Assembly: GCA_965228735.1 (NCBI GenBank)
Contig: OZ245838.1
Coordinates: 4,544,001-4,608,000, forward strand
Source of the DNA: Planctomycetota bacterium
Lineage (GTDB): Bacteria; Planctomycetota; UBA1135; UBA2386
Reading direction: 5' to 3'
Length of the DNA stretch: 64,000 nt
Positions within the stretch are counted from its first letter, which is position 1; every line of letters starts with the position of its first letter. The position numbers and the translations under genes are program-made. The notes under the pieces are model-generated. The model ran no database searches and had not been told where the DNA came from. It worked only from the letters and a program-made list of their open reading frames with translations. Below, piece by piece: positions 1 through 11,059 of the stretch.

Positions 1-1
1 G

Positions 2-364
2 GCTGCCAGTGGCGGCTACGTCACGAGCAACCCGGTCGCGATCAGCCGCGAGGTCCTCGAGCGCGGCCAGCACAACTTCGACCTCTACTGCTCGATCTGC
101 CACGGCTACACCGGCCGCGGCGGCAACGGCGTGCACGGCAACGGCCTCGTCGGTCGGCGTTGGCCGGTCGCGATCCCGTCGTTCCACTTCGATCCCAGCA
201 AGAGCGCGGAGGACAACCGCGTGAGCAACCTGCCCGACGGCGAATACTACGAGGTCATCGCCAACGGCAAGGGCACGATGCCGGCCTACGGCGCGCGCAT
301 CGCCGCCGAGGACCGTTGGGCGATCGTCCACTACATCCGCGTTCTCCAGAGCCTCAGTCGATAG
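2..364 (+). CDS. actE: Cytochrome c, ActE-like subunit of alternative complex III (5'-truncated by the window edge)
   Basis: The frame of ORF 131..364 is open to position 2 and reads ...LERGQHNFDLYCSICHG (CxxCH), then GKGTMPAYG...DRWAIVHYIRVLQ. It lies directly upstream of actF. Confidence 0.8.
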   Translation, partial: AASGGYVTSNPVAISREVLERGQHNFDLYCSICHGYTGRGGNGVHGNGLVGRRWPVAIPSFHFDPSKSAEDNRVSNLPDGEYYEVIANGKGTMPAYGARIAAEDRWAIVHYIRVLQSLSR

Positions 365-375
365 GGCCCCAGCCG

Positions 376-1713
376 ATGACTACCGCGAATCCCCCTGCAA
401 CCATGGCCGCGCCGAGCGTCGAACAGCTCGCGCCGGACCTGAAGGCCAAGGTCGACCCGGGCCAGCTCAGCACGGCGCAACTCGGCCTGCTCGCCGTTGG
501 CGCCCTGCTGATCGGCGCCGCGTGGTTCACCGACCACTTCGCCTTCAGCTACCTCGTCGGCTACATGGGCGTGCTCGGCATCGTCCTGTGCGCGCTGTTC
601 TTCACGATGATCCAGCACATCACGCGCGCCGGTTGGAGTGTGACCGTGCGCCGGATCGCCGAGAACATGTCGTGGACGATCGCGCCGATGTTGCTGCTGT
701 TCGTCCCGGTGCTGATCTACTCGCACGACATCTACCACCACTGGATGGATGCGAACGTCACGGACACGGCCGCGGCCGACTACGACGGCGTCCTCGCCGG
801 CAAGTCCGCGTGGCTCAACAGCGAGTTCTTCTTCGTCCGCGTGCCGATCTACTTCCTGATCTGGATCGGCCTCGCGTGGTTCTTCCGCAGCAACTCGATC
901 AAGCAGGACGAGAGCGGCGACCCCGCGATCTCGATGAAGCTCACGCGCGTCGCCGCGCCGGGCCTGCTGCTGTTCGCGCTGTCGATCACGTTCGCCGCGT
1001 TCGACTGGATCATGTCGATCGACCCGCACTGGTTCTCGACGATCTTCGGTGTGACCTACTTCGCGGGCGGCTTCATGGCCTTCCTCGCGTTCACGATCGT
1101 GCTGGCCAAGTGGCTCGGCAAGCAGGGCGTGCTCGCCACCGCGATCACGCGCGAGCACTACCACGATCTCGGCAAGCTGCTGTTCTCGTTCATGGTCTTC
1201 TGGACCTACACGAACTTCAGCCAGTACATGCTGATCTTCTACGCCAACCTGCCGGAAGAGACGCACTGGTTCGCGGTGCGCAGCGAGAACGGCTGGGGCG
1301 CGATCGGCGTGCTGCTGATCGTCGGTCACTTCCTGTTCCCGTTCGCGTTCCTGCTGACGCGCAACGTCAAGCGCAACGGCTTCGCGCTCACGTTCGGCGC
1401 GATCTTCCTGCTGATCATCCACTGCATCGACATGCAGTTCCTGATCCTGCCCGGCAACCTCGGTGGTCACGGCCACGGGGAGAACGGCGCGGAGGCGGCC
1501 ACCCACGCCGCGGGCAGCGAAGAAGGCCTGATGGCCACGTTCTCGCACCAGTTCGGCGAGTACCTGCACACGATCAGCTGGGCCGACTTCGCGTGCTTCG
1601 CCGGTCTGCTCGCGATCGTCGCGGGTCTGACCATCATGAACATCCGCAAGACCAACCTGGTGCCGGTCCGCGACCCGCGCCTGGCCGAGTCGCTACACTT
1701 CCAGAACTTCTGA
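376..1713 (+). CDS. actF: Alternative complex III quinol:cytochrome c oxidoreductase membrane subunit ActF
   Basis: About 10 TM helices; AGWSVTVRRIAE, AFDWIMSIDPHWFSTIFG, HYHDLGKLLF, FSQYMLIFYANLPEET. ATG at 376. Confidence 0.88.
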   Translation: MTTANPPATMAAPSVEQLAPDLKAKVDPGQLSTAQLGLLAVGALLIGAAWFTDHFAFSYLVGYMGVLGIVLCALFFTMIQHITRAGWSVTVRRIAENMSWTIAPMLLLFVPVLIYSHDIYHHWMDANVTDTAAADYDGVLAGKSAWLNSEFFFVRVPIYFLIWIGLAWFFRSNSIKQDESGDPAISMKLTRVAAPGLLLFALSITFAAFDWIMSIDPHWFSTIFGVTYFAGGFMAFLAFTIVLAKWLGKQGVLATAITREHYHDLGKLLFSFMVFWTYTNFSQYMLIFYANLPEETHWFAVRSENGWGAIGVLLIVGHFLFPFAFLLTRNVKRNGFALTFGAIFLLIIHCIDMQFLILPGNLGGHGHGENGAEAATHAAGSEEGLMATFSHQFGEYLHTISWADFACFAGLLAIVAGLTIMNIRKTNLVPVRDPRLAESLHFQNF

Positions 1714-1730
1714 TCCGGAGCAGCACTTCC

Positions 1731-2048
1731 ATGGCCACCGCAACCGAACACCAGACCCACGCCGTAGCACCCGCGGGCGATGCGCCCGCGCCGCACGACA
1801 TGGAGAAGGACATCGACGCCAAGAGCGCCACGTGGTGGGTACTCGGCGGCACGGTCGTCCTCTTCGTCTCGCTCTGGCTGATGCTGCCGATCTTCATCCG
1901 CATCCTCGAGGAGGAGCAGCTCCAGAAGGTCAACTTCACGCCGAACAACGAGCTCAGCGAAGTCATCGACGCGCAGAACGAGTTCCTCAACGGGGCCAAC
2001 CCGCAACGCAAGACGCTCGAGCAGGCCATGCAGGAGGCGCTGAAGTAA
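1731..2048 (+). CDS. Small single-TM protein, probable ActG-like accessory subunit
   Basis: ATG 1731 in the frame of ORF 522..2048; one hydrophobic helix; C-terminal TLEQAMQ; lies between actF and SCO. Confidence 0.6.
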   Translation: MATATEHQTHAVAPAGDAPAPHDMEKDIDAKSATWWVLGGTVVLFVSLWLMLPIFIRILEEEQLQKVNFTPNNELSEVIDAQNEFLNGANPQRKTLEQAMQEALK

Positions 2049-2127
2049 GCGCGCCGAGCCCGGACGCCGGGTAGGTGCCGCCAGATGGTGGCATCGACCT
2101 CGCTCGCCAGGCGTCCTAGTCAACGAC

Positions 2128-3003
2128 ATGCCCAAGATCCTGACCATCACCGCCCTGTGCACCGTCGCCGCGCTGGCTCCCGCCGCGCCGGCTCAGGGTG
2201 CCGGTATGTCCCCGTCTCGCACCGTCGAGGCCAAGGACGAGGCGTCGTCGATGCTCGATCGCATCGGCAGCAAGATCGATCGCAACCTGTCGTTCACGGA
2301 CGAACGCGGCTACCCGTTCCATCTGAAGCAGCTGTTCCCCGGCGAACGCCCGGTCATCCTGCTGCTCGGCTACTACCACTGCCCCGCGATGTGCGGCCAG
2401 GTGCTCGACGCCACGCTGCGCGCGCTCAACGACGTCGATCTCGAGCCCGGCACGGACTACTACGTGCTCAACGTCTCGATCAACCCCGAGGAGACGGTGG
2501 CGACGGCGAAGGATCGCAAGGCCGCGTTCCTGCCGCGCTTCCGGAAGGCCGGGGCGGACTCGGGCTGGCGTCTGTGCGTCGGCGACGAGGCCAGCGTCAA
2601 GCAGCTCGCCGACGAGGTCGGCTTCCAGTACTACTGGTCCAAGCACCTCAATCAGTACGCGCACCCGCCCGCGATCGTCTTCCTCACCAAGGAGGGCATC
2701 GTGAGCCGGCAGATCGTCAACACGATCTACGAACCGGCAGATCTTCGCCTCGCGCTGGTCGAAGCCAGCGAAGGCACCCTCGGGGACTTCTGGGATCAGG
2801 TCCGCCTGAACTGCCTCACGTTCGATCCCCGCACCAGCAGCTATTCCCTGACCGTGATGACGGTCCTCCGCATCGGCGGCGCCCTGACCATCCTCGGGCT
2901 CGCCACGATGATCTTCATCCTCGTCCGCCGCGAGCGCCGCTCCGCACCGCAAGCCCCGACCGCTGCGGCGGCCCCAACCGCGGGCGCCCCGGAGTCCGCC
3001 TAG
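2128..3003 (+). CDS. SCO1/SenC family copper chaperone
   Basis: Signal peptide, YYHCPAMC (CxxxC), conserved His in QYAHP, C-terminal TM; precedes coxB. Confidence 0.88.
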   Translation: MPKILTITALCTVAALAPAAPAQGAGMSPSRTVEAKDEASSMLDRIGSKIDRNLSFTDERGYPFHLKQLFPGERPVILLLGYYHCPAMCGQVLDATLRALNDVDLEPGTDYYVLNVSINPEETVATAKDRKAAFLPRFRKAGADSGWRLCVGDEASVKQLADEVGFQYYWSKHLNQYAHPPAIVFLTKEGIVSRQIVNTIYEPADLRLALVEASEGTLGDFWDQVRLNCLTFDPRTSSYSLTVMTVLRIGGALTILGLATMIFILVRRERRSAPQAPTAAAAPTAGAPESA

Positions 3004-3054
3004 GGCTCGTCGACGACCACCGCACCCACTGACCACCAAGAGACCGAGAACACC

Positions 3055-4104
3055 GTGCTCGCACTCCTGATCCAAGATCCCCAGAAGACGCCGCCGCCGA
3101 ACTACGCGACCGGCAAGGCGGTCGAAGTCGACGAGTATGGGCAGCTGACCAAGCTCGCCAGCACGTTCGACCACGTCGACGGGCTGTTCTACTTCACCTA
3201 TGTGGTTTGCATCTTCTTCTTCCTGCTGATCACGGGCGCGCTGCTCTACTCGGTGGTGCGCTACCGGCGGAAGACCTTCGATCAGCCCGCGGCGTCCAAC
3301 GTCACGCACAACACGCCGCTCGAAGTGGTGTGGACGGTGATCCCACTGTTGATCGTCATGGTGATGTTCGCGTGGGGCTTCAAGGGCAGCCTCGACATGA
3401 CGACGGTCCCGAGCAACGCGCTGCGCTTCAAGGCGACGGCCAAGCAGTGGGCCTGGAACTTCTCGTACCCGACGAGCGCCTTCACCAGCCTCAACGAGGT
3501 GTGGGTGCCGGTCAATCAGCCGTGCGAGTTCCTGCTGGAGTCGACCGACGTGCTGCACGCGTTCTTCCTGCCGTCGCAACGCGTCAAGCGTGACGTCGTG
3601 CCAGGCCGCTACCAGTCGGTCTGGTTCACCCCGACCGAGGTCGGCGACTACCACCTGTTCTGCGCCGAGTACTGCGGCCTCGACCACTCTCGGATGTACG
3701 CCAAGCTGCACGTCGTGACCGCGGAAGAGTTCGCCGAGAACCCGTGGGAGAAGATCCCGAAGCCCGAGGACCCGATCGCGGATCGCGTCGACTGGGGCAA
3801 GTCGTACTACGAGGGCGCCTGCCGCAGCTGTCACACACTCGACGGTACACCGATGACCGGGCCGAGTTGGAAGGGCCTGTTCGTCAAGCAGGGCGACGAG
3901 ATCGTCGGCGGCCAGCGCGACGTGCTCGTCAACGGGCAACAGCAGACCATCACGGTCGACTTCGAGTACATCAAGGAGTCGATCCACATGCCGAACGCGA
4001 AGCTCGCTGCCGGGTTCCCGAACGGCGGCATGAGTCCGTTCGCCGACCTCGACGACGCCCGCATCAACCTCATCATCGACTTCATGAAGTCGATCGCCGA
4101 ATAG
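3055..4104 (+). CDS. coxB: Cytochrome c oxidase subunit II with C-terminal cytochrome c domain (caa3 type)
   Basis: [15 protein letters not shown], CuA motif [12 protein letters not shown], haem-c motif CRSCH. Confidence 0.95.
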   Translation: MLALLIQDPQKTPPPNYATGKAVEVDEYGQLTKLASTFDHVDGLFYFTYVVCIFFFLLITGALLYSVVRYRRKTFDQPAASNVTHNTPLEVVWTVIPLLIVMVMFAWGFKGSLDMTTVPSNALRFKATAKQWAWNFSYPTSAFTSLNEVWVPVNQPCEFLLESTDVLHAFFLPSQRVKRDVVPGRYQSVWFTPTEVGDYHLFCAEYCGLDHSRMYAKLHVVTAEEFAENPWEKIPKPEDPIADRVDWGKSYYEGACRSCHTLDGTPMTGPSWKGLFVKQGDEIVGGQRDVLVNGQQQTITVDFEYIKESIHMPNAKLAAGFPNGGMSPFADLDDARINLIIDFMKSIAE

Positions 4105-4135
4105 GCCCAACCGGAACCGCAACGAGGACCCACCC

Positions 4136-5797
4136 ATGACCACGCAAGTTCCTCCGGTCGAGACCACGACGCCGAGCGTCGACACCGAACGCAAGACCTA
4201 CCTGAACGTCACCAAGGGCTTCATGTCCTGGGCCGGCACGCTGGATCACAAGCGCATCGGCCTGATGTATCTGGTCGGCACGTCGATCGCGCTGCTGGCG
4301 GGCGGCCTGTTCGCCCTGCTCGTGCGCGTGCACCTCTGGGAGCCGACCGGCGCGCTGTTCGAAGACAACGGCACCTACAACCAGGTGTTCACGCTGCACG
4401 GCGTGTTCATGGTGTTCCTGTTCGTCATCCCCGCGATCCCGGCGGCGCTCGGCAACTTCGTGCTGCCGCTGCAGCTCGGGGCGATCGACGTGGCGCTGCC
4501 GCGACTCAACCTGCTGAGCTTCTACCTGTGGCTCACGGGCGCGGCACTCGCGATCGCGGCGATCGTGGCCGGCGGCTTCGACACCGGCTGGACGTTCTAC
4601 ACGCCGTACAGCCTCTATACCCAACAAGCCGTCGGGCTGATCGGGATGGGGGTGTTCGTACTCGGCTTCAGTTCGATCTTCACGGGACTCAACTTCATCG
4701 TCACGGTGCACAAGCTGCGCGCGCCGGGCCTGACGTGGTTCCGCATGCCGCTGTTCATCTGGGCGCTCTACGCGACGTCCATCCTGCAGGTGCTCGCGAC
4801 GCCGGTGCTCGGCATCACGGTCCTGCTCGTGGCGATCGAACGCCTCTACCACATCGGCATCTTCGATCCGCGGCTCGGTGGTGACGCGGTGCTCTTCGAG
4901 CACTTCTTCTGGTTCTACAGCCACCCGGCGGTCTACATCATGGTGCTGCCGGCCTTCGGCATCATCAGCGAGCTCGTCTCCGTGCACTCGCGCAAGCCGC
5001 TGTTCGGCTACAAGCTCATCGCGTTCAGCTCGCTGGCGATCGCGATCATCAGCTTCCTCGTGTGGGGCCACCACATGTTCACGTCGGGGCAGTCGACCTA
5101 CGCGATGTTCGCGTTCAGCTTCCTGACGTTCTTCGTGGCGATCCCGACGGCCATCAAGGAGTTCTCCTGGGTGGCGACGGTGTGGAAGGGCTCGATCGCG
5201 CTCAACTCGCCGATGCTCTACACGCTGGCCTTCCTGATCATCTTCGCGATCGGCGGCCTGACGGGCGTGATCCTCGGCTCGCTCAACGTCGACATCCACC
5301 TGCACGACACCTACTTCGTCGTGGCCCACTTCCACTACGTGATGATGGGTTCGATCGCGCTCGCGTTCTTCGCCGGGCTGCACCACTGGTGGCCGAAGAT
5401 GTTCGGCGTGATGTACAACGAGACGCAGGCCAAGATCGCGTGCGCGCTGATCTTCATCGGCTTCAACGCGACGTTCATCCCGCAGTTCATCATGGGCAGC
5501 CGCGGCATGCCGCGGCGCTATGCGACCTACGTGCCGGACTACGAGGCCTACCACAAGGCGTCGACGATCGGCGCGATGGTGCTCGGCACCGGCGTCGCGC
5601 TCATGGTCTTCTACCTGCTGCGCTCGCTGATGCAGAACAAGCGCGCGATGGAGAACCAGTGGGGCGGCGTCACGCTCGAGTGGGAGACCCCCACGCCGCC
5701 GCCGCTCGAGAACTTCAACAAGGCCCCGGTCGTCACCGGCGAGGTCTACGACTACTCCAAGCTCGACCTGCAGTCGACGATCACAGAAGCCAAGTAG
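4136..5797 (+). CDS. coxA: Cytochrome c oxidase subunit I, A2-type haem-copper oxidase
   Basis: [16 protein letters not shown] (YSHPxV, the A2 signature), [24 protein letters not shown]. Confidence 0.97.
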   Translation: MTTQVPPVETTTPSVDTERKTYLNVTKGFMSWAGTLDHKRIGLMYLVGTSIALLAGGLFALLVRVHLWEPTGALFEDNGTYNQVFTLHGVFMVFLFVIPAIPAALGNFVLPLQLGAIDVALPRLNLLSFYLWLTGAALAIAAIVAGGFDTGWTFYTPYSLYTQQAVGLIGMGVFVLGFSSIFTGLNFIVTVHKLRAPGLTWFRMPLFIWALYATSILQVLATPVLGITVLLVAIERLYHIGIFDPRLGGDAVLFEHFFWFYSHPAVYIMVLPAFGIISELVSVHSRKPLFGYKLIAFSSLAIAIISFLVWGHHMFTSGQSTYAMFAFSFLTFFVAIPTAIKEFSWVATVWKGSIALNSPMLYTLAFLIIFAIGGLTGVILGSLNVDIHLHDTYFVVAHFHYVMMGSIALAFFAGLHHWWPKMFGVMYNETQAKIACALIFIGFNATFIPQFIMGSRGMPRRYATYVPDYEAYHKASTIGAMVLGTGVALMVFYLLRSLMQNKRAMENQWGGVTLEWETPTPPPLENFNKAPVVTGEVYDYSKLDLQSTITEAK

Positions 5798-5870
5798 ACC
5801 CGCCAGGTAGATCGGCCGGCTCCGGCCGGCCGACCGCCCGACCAGCCACACTTCGCCCTCGAACAACTTC

Positions 5871-6605
5871 ATGAGTCACGACGGACATCATTCGGTGGTG
5901 ATCCCGGCACCGGGACCCGAGTTCGTGCCCCACGAACTGCCGCACCACTTCGACACGCCCGTTCAGGAATTCCAGTCGGCCAAGCTCGGCTTCTGGCTGT
6001 TCCTCGCGACGGAAATCCTGCTCTTCGGCGGGCTGTTCGCGGCCTACTTCTACTTCCACGAGGCCTACCCCGAGACGTTCGTCGTCGGCGGCAAGCAGCT
6101 CGACTGGAAGCTCGGCGCGCTCAACACGACCGTGCTGCTGCTGAGCTCGTGGACGATGGCGATGGGCGTGCGCTCGGCGCAGACGAGCCAGAAGAAGAAG
6201 CTGCTGATGTATCTCGGCCTGACCGTGCTCGGCGCCGTGATCTTCATGTGCGTCAAGTACGTCGAATACTCGGCCAAGGACGCTCACGGGCTGTTCGTGT
6301 TCTCCGAGATGTTCGGCGGCTACGACGCGGCGACGGGCCAGCTCGCGTGGTTCAAGGACTACGACGGCGTGATGGCCGGCGTGCCGCACGGCCACATGTT
6401 CTTCGCGATCTACGTGACGATGACCGGCATCCACGGTCTGCACGTGATCATCGGCGCGGGCCTGATCATCTGGATCATGTTCGGCGCCGCGAAGGGTCGC
6501 TTCCACGAGGGCTACTACCTGCCGGTCGACCTCGTCGGCCTCTATTGGCACCTCGTCGACCTCATCTGGATCTTCCTGTTCCCCCTGCTCTACCTGGTGC
6601 CCTGA
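5871..6605 (+). CDS. coxC: Cytochrome c oxidase subunit III
   Basis: GFWLFLATEILLFGGLF, NTTVLLLSS, TGIHGLHV, GLYWHLVDLIWIFLFPLLY. Confidence 0.95.
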   Translation: MSHDGHHSVVIPAPGPEFVPHELPHHFDTPVQEFQSAKLGFWLFLATEILLFGGLFAAYFYFHEAYPETFVVGGKQLDWKLGALNTTVLLLSSWTMAMGVRSAQTSQKKKLLMYLGLTVLGAVIFMCVKYVEYSAKDAHGLFVFSEMFGGYDAATGQLAWFKDYDGVMAGVPHGHMFFAIYVTMTGIHGLHVIIGAGLIIWIMFGAAKGRFHEGYYLPVDLVGLYWHLVDLIWIFLFPLLYLVP

Positions 6606-7009
6606 TGAGCGACACTCCTCGCAAGGCTGACTACGGCGATCTCGACATGGGATCGCACCACGTCTCCAGCACGCTCCAGTTCACCGGCGTGCTCGGGGCG
6701 CTGCTGTTCCTGACGTTCATCACGGTCGCGGTCGCGCAGTTCGACTTCGGCGGCGCGAACATGCTCATCGCCATGGCGATCGCCAGCGTCAAGGCGGCGC
6801 TCGTGATCCTGTTCTTCATGCACGTGAAGTACGACACGGCGGTGAACAAGATCATGTTCCTGAGCTCGTTCCTGTTCCTGTCGCTGCTGTTCATCTTCAC
6901 GCTCGCCGACCAGGCGACGCGCCGGATGGACCATCAGGCCCATACGATCAAGCTGGAGCCGTCCGGGGCGTGGAAGCACCCGGCGACCATCAACGACGGA
7001 AACCAGTAA
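6605..7009 (+). CDS. coxD: Cytochrome c oxidase subunit IV (CtaF/COX4_pro)
   Basis: TGATG overlap with the coxC stop; three TMs; IASVKAALVILFFMHVKY. Confidence 0.88.
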   Translation: MSDTPRKADYGDLDMGSHHVSSTLQFTGVLGALLFLTFITVAVAQFDFGGANMLIAMAIASVKAALVILFFMHVKYDTAVNKIMFLSSFLFLSLLFIFTLADQATRRMDHQAHTIKLEPSGAWKHPATINDGNQ

Positions 7010-7010
7010 G

Positions 7011-10001
7011 CTGCACACCGCGTACCTGCACGCTCGCCAACCCGCCGACGCACGCATCGCCTTCTGGAGCGACGGTGGCACCGCGGATCTGACGTCGGAG
7101 CTGCCCACCGAACTGGTGCGCGGCTCCGCGCCGGTACAGGTCCAGTTGCTGTTGCCGTCCGAGGAGGCGTCGCTGCAGCCGATGCTGCAGCTGGCGACGC
7201 CCGCTTACGGCAAGGAGAGCTCCGGCGACACCGCGTTCGAGGCCGAAGCCGAAGCCACGGCGGCCGAGGGCGGGGTCCCGGAGATTCGAGCCGACGACAT
7301 CGGGACCAAGACCCGCGTCGCGCCCGCGCTCTGGACGATCCCGGCGATCGGCGTGTCGCTGGCCGATGCCGTGCCCTACCTCGCGAGCCTCGAACCGCGC
7401 AAGCTACCGCCCGCGATGCGCGCGCTCGCCGCGCTGAGTCAGCTCGTGATGCGGCTCGTCGAGCAGGGCAGCTTCGCACCGGCCCCCCAGCCCGGCGTGC
7501 TGAACTTCGCGCCCGTGTGGAACGACCGGTCGCAGTGGGTGCTCGCCGCGCTCGCCGACCTCGTGCCCGGCAGTCTCTGCACCGCGCGCTTCGCGCTGCC
7601 CGACGACCCGGTCTTCGCGGTCACGCCGCGCAACTTCGTCGTCAGCTTCCTCGGCCACGCGCTCGACCAGATCGTCACCCGGCTGCACGCGCGCGCGACG
7701 GGCACCGCAGGCGAGCCGAACCCCACGCCGGAGCCCGCGCCGCGGTTCGACAAGGCCGAGCGTCTGCCGCGCGACTTCTGGCAGACGCCGATGGTGCCGG
7801 TGCTCGAGATCCTCGTGCCGGACAAGCCGCTCGAAGAAGGCGCGCCGTGGGGGCTGTCGATCCTCGTGCGGCCGGTCCCGACGATCCGTTGCGCGGAGAC
7901 GATCGAGAGCCTGCACCAGCGCCTCTCGGCGAATCCGTTCGCCAACGAGCTCCATGCCGACTCCGTCGCGCGCGTCGAGCACACGATCGATCGCGTCAGC
8001 GACAAACTGCCGCCGCTGCGGCGCGCGCGCAATCTCAGCGACGGCCGTGCGAGTCTGACGCGAGCCGAACTCGACCAGATCCTCGACCACTTCCCGCTGC
8101 TCGAGTCCGAGGGCTTCGAGATCACGCTGCCCGGTGTCGAGTCGATGCAGCGGCTGTCGGCGCGCGTCGCGATCATGGAGGCGTCGGCGGAGCCCGACGA
8201 TCCGCGGCCATGGTTCGAGTTCCGCTGGAGCCTCGCGGTGGGAGACAAGGAGCTGTCGAACGACCAGTTCGAAGAGCTCGTCAACGCGCGCACGCCGCTC
8301 GTCTTCATCGACCGCCGGCCCGTGCTGCTCTCGCCGAAGGACCGCGAGGCGATCAAGGACTTCAAGAAGCGGATGCAGCAGGGGGGCGAGCGCATCAGCT
8401 TCTTCGAAGCCCTGCGCCTGCGTCTCGGCGGCGCGTCGCACCTGCACGGTCTCGCGATGGAGTCGATCGCGAGCACTCCGCGGCTCGAAGAGCTGCTGCA
8501 CAACCTCGAGCAAGCGCGTGCCGTCGAGGACCGCGTGCTGCCCGACGGCTTCCAGGGCGAACTGCGGCCCTACCAGCAGCGCGGTCACGCGTGGATGCAC
8601 TTCCTCGTCGACCAGGGGTTCGGCGCGTGCCTCGCCGACGACATGGGTCTGGGCAAGACGGTGCAGGCGATCGCCGTGATGCTCGACTGGCGCCTGCGCC
8701 GGCGCGGCAAGGGCGCGATCATCATCGTCTGCCCGGTCTCCGTGCTCGGCAACTGGCGACGCGAGCTCAACCGCTTCGCACCGGACCTCGACGTGATCAT
8801 GCATCACGGCAAGGGTCGCGCGTCGACGATCGACGAGTTCAAGCACGTCACGCACAGCAACGACATCGTCCTGACGAGTTACAACCTGCTGCAGCGCGAC
8901 GAGGAGATCATGAACTCCGTCACGTTCGACGGCGTCGTGCTCGACGAAGCGCAGAACATCAAGAACCCGACGACGCGCCAGTCCAAGGTCGCGCGCGGAC
9001 TCAAGGGGCATTTCCGCCTCGCGCTGACGGGCACCCCGCTCGAGAACCGGCCGCTCGACCTGTGGTCGATCATGGACTTCCTCAACGAGGGCCTGCTCGG
9101 TTCGCGCACGCAGTTCACGCAGACGCTCGAACACCCGATCGTCAAGCAGCGCCGCCAGGGTTCGATGTCCGCGCTCGCGCGCCTCGTGCGACCGTTCGTG
9201 CTGCGTCGTCTCAAGACCGACCCGGAGATCGTCGCCGACCTGCCGGAGAAGACCGAACAGATCGTCAACGCGACGCTCTCGCGCGAGCAGGCGATCCTCT
9301 ACGAGTCGGTCGTTCGCAAGGGTCTGCAGGAGGTCGAGACGGCGGGCGAGGGCATCCAGCGCCGCGGCGCGATCCTCACGACGCTGCTGCGCCTCAAGCA
9401 GGTCTGCAACCACCCGTCGCACTACCTCATGGACGGCAGTTCGCTGCCGAGCCGCTCGGGCAAGCTCGATCTGCTGAGCGAGATGATCGAGGAGGCCATC
9501 GAGGAAGGCGACCGCTGCCTCGTGTTCACGCAGTTCAAGGAGATGGGCTCGCTGCTCAAGACCCACCTCGAGAACCAGAGCGGCGGCAAGGTCCTGTTCC
9601 TGCACGGCGGCGTGCCGCAGAAGGAACGCGACACGATGGTCACCAACTTCCAGGAGAGCCGCGAGGACGGGCCGAAGATCTTCGTGCTGTCGCTCAAGGC
9701 CGGCGGCACGGGCCTCAACCTCACCGCGGCCAACCGCGTGTTCCACTTCGATCGCTGGTGGAACCCGGCCGTCGAGGATCAGGCGACGGACCGCGCGTTC
9801 CGCATCGGCCAGCAGCGCAACGTCTTCGTGCACAAGTTCGTCTGCAACGGCACGCTCGAGGAGCGCATCCAGCAGATGCTCGATCGCAAGCGCGAGGTCG
9901 CGGACAGCCTGCTCGCGGCCGGCGAGAACTGGATCACCGAGCTCAGCAACGACGAGCTGCGCCGACTGCTCGTGCTCGACCGCCAGGAGGCCCTCGCGTG
10001 A
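7011..10001 (+). CDS. SNF2-family DEAD/DEAH helicase (SWIM-associated type)
   Basis: LRPYQ, CLADDMGLGKT, DEAQNIKN, LTGTPLENR, LKAGGTGLNL, DRWWNPAVEDQATDRAFRIGQ. The start is uncertain: CTG 7011 or GTG 7116. Confidence 0.9.
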   Translation: MHTAYLHARQPADARIAFWSDGGTADLTSELPTELVRGSAPVQVQLLLPSEEASLQPMLQLATPAYGKESSGDTAFEAEAEATAAEGGVPEIRADDIGTKTRVAPALWTIPAIGVSLADAVPYLASLEPRKLPPAMRALAALSQLVMRLVEQGSFAPAPQPGVLNFAPVWNDRSQWVLAALADLVPGSLCTARFALPDDPVFAVTPRNFVVSFLGHALDQIVTRLHARATGTAGEPNPTPEPAPRFDKAERLPRDFWQTPMVPVLEILVPDKPLEEGAPWGLSILVRPVPTIRCAETIESLHQRLSANPFANELHADSVARVEHTIDRVSDKLPPLRRARNLSDGRASLTRAELDQILDHFPLLESEGFEITLPGVESMQRLSARVAIMEASAEPDDPRPWFEFRWSLAVGDKELSNDQFEELVNARTPLVFIDRRPVLLSPKDREAIKDFKKRMQQGGERISFFEALRLRLGGASHLHGLAMESIASTPRLEELLHNLEQARAVEDRVLPDGFQGELRPYQQRGHAWMHFLVDQGFGACLADDMGLGKTVQAIAVMLDWRLRRRGKGAIIIVCPVSVLGNWRRELNRFAPDLDVIMHHGKGRASTIDEFKHVTHSNDIVLTSYNLLQRDEEIMNSVTFDGVVLDEAQNIKNPTTRQSKVARGLKGHFRLALTGTPLENRPLDLWSIMDFLNEGLLGSRTQFTQTLEHPIVKQRRQGSMSALARLVRPFVLRRLKTDPEIVADLPEKTEQIVNATLSREQAILYESVVRKGLQEVETAGEGIQRRGAILTTLLRLKQVCNHPSHYLMDGSSLPSRSGKLDLLSEMIEEAIEEGDRCLVFTQFKEMGSLLKTHLENQSGGKVLFLHGGVPQKERDTMVTNFQESREDGPKIFVLSLKAGGTGLNLTAANRVFHFDRWWNPAVEDQATDRAFRIGQQRNVFVHKFVCNGTLEERIQQMLDRKREVADSLLAAGENWITELSNDELRRLLVLDRQEALA

Positions 10002-10987
10002 GCGAACGCAAGACCATCTCCCTCGGCGAGCGCTGGCGCCGCGAAGCCACACGCGACATCGACGACAAACGGCTCGCCGCGGCGCTCGAGGCGCTGCCGA
10101 GCATCCGCAAGCCCAAGGTCCGCATCCGCGCCGGCTCGATCCAGACCGAGATGGAGGGCGCGATGGGCTCGATCCACGAGGTCAGCCTGCAGATCCGCAC
10201 GCTGCCGAATCGCGAGTGGCCAACGCTGATCCGCGTGCTGCGGCGCAGCAAGTCGATCGTCGAAGCGCTCGAGCATGGCCGCGTGCCGCGCTCGCTCGAT
10301 CGCCTCGTCGCGCGCATCGTCGGCGAACCGCTGTTCCCCGACTCGCGCAGCGTGACCTACGGCTGCTCGTGCGACCTCCCGGAAGAACCGTGCCGCCACG
10401 TGCTCGCGCTCCACGAACTGTTCGCCCGGCGCCTCGACGACAAGCCGTACGAGCTGCTGATGCTGCGCGGCGTCGACCTTCACCAGCTGCTCGACGACGT
10501 GCACGCGAGCCCGACCGACGGCGACCTGCCGCCGTTGCCGTTCGGCGTGCCCGAGGAGCCCGTGCTCTACCCGGACGCCGAGGACGCGGACCTCGGATCG
10601 AGCCTCAATCTGCCGCAGGTCCGGTGGCTGACCGGGGAAGCGTCGGCCCGCTTCGCGGACGCCGCGCTCGACGCGCTCGCGAACCTCGACGCGCTCGCCG
10701 ACGCTCCGGCGGATGATCCCGCTGGCGACGGACAGGGCGGCCAGGCGACGAAAGCGGCGGATCAACCCGCCGCCCCGCCTGCGGCCGCCGAGCGCGCCGC
10801 CCCCGGCACGACCGGCGAGAGCGCCGAGGCCGAAGAGACTCCGCCCAAGCCGCCGGAAACCGGCAGTCCGCTCGGCAAGAGCATGCTCCGCGACAGCGTT
10901 GCGACAGGTTCCCGGAGCGGCGCCGAGGACGCGCCCGAGGGCGGCAGCGGCGACGGCAGTGATGTGACGCCGCAAAACGGCGACTGA
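9998..10987 (+). CDS. SWIM zinc-finger protein with low-complexity C-terminal tail
   Basis: GTGA overlap with the helicase stop; LFP...CSCDLPEEPCRH (CxC..CxH), DDKPYELLMLRG. Confidence 0.85.
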   Translation: MSERKTISLGERWRREATRDIDDKRLAAALEALPSIRKPKVRIRAGSIQTEMEGAMGSIHEVSLQIRTLPNREWPTLIRVLRRSKSIVEALEHGRVPRSLDRLVARIVGEPLFPDSRSVTYGCSCDLPEEPCRHVLALHELFARRLDDKPYELLMLRGVDLHQLLDDVHASPTDGDLPPLPFGVPEEPVLYPDAEDADLGSSLNLPQVRWLTGEASARFADAALDALANLDALADAPADDPAGDGQGGQATKAADQPAAPPAAAERAAPGTTGESAEAEETPPKPPETGSPLGKSMLRDSVATGSRSGAEDAPEGGSGDGSDVTPQNGD

Positions 10988-11059
10988 TCCGCGGCTTTCC
11001 TTGCGTCGGGTCGGCCTCGCGATTCTGCTGTCGCGCCCCTCTCCCCCGACCCCTCGGAC

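Noticed and set aside
7404..10052. Long antisense and alternate-frame ORFs (e.g. 7404-10052, 27744-30218, 48789-51551, the 5' part of 7517-10987)
   Set aside because: Shadow ORFs of GC3-biased genes in ~70% GC DNA; R/A/P-rich with no motifs.
7011..10987. SNF2+SWIM as a new defence system
   Set aside because: A well-known widespread gene pair with host-like codon usage and no defence-island context.
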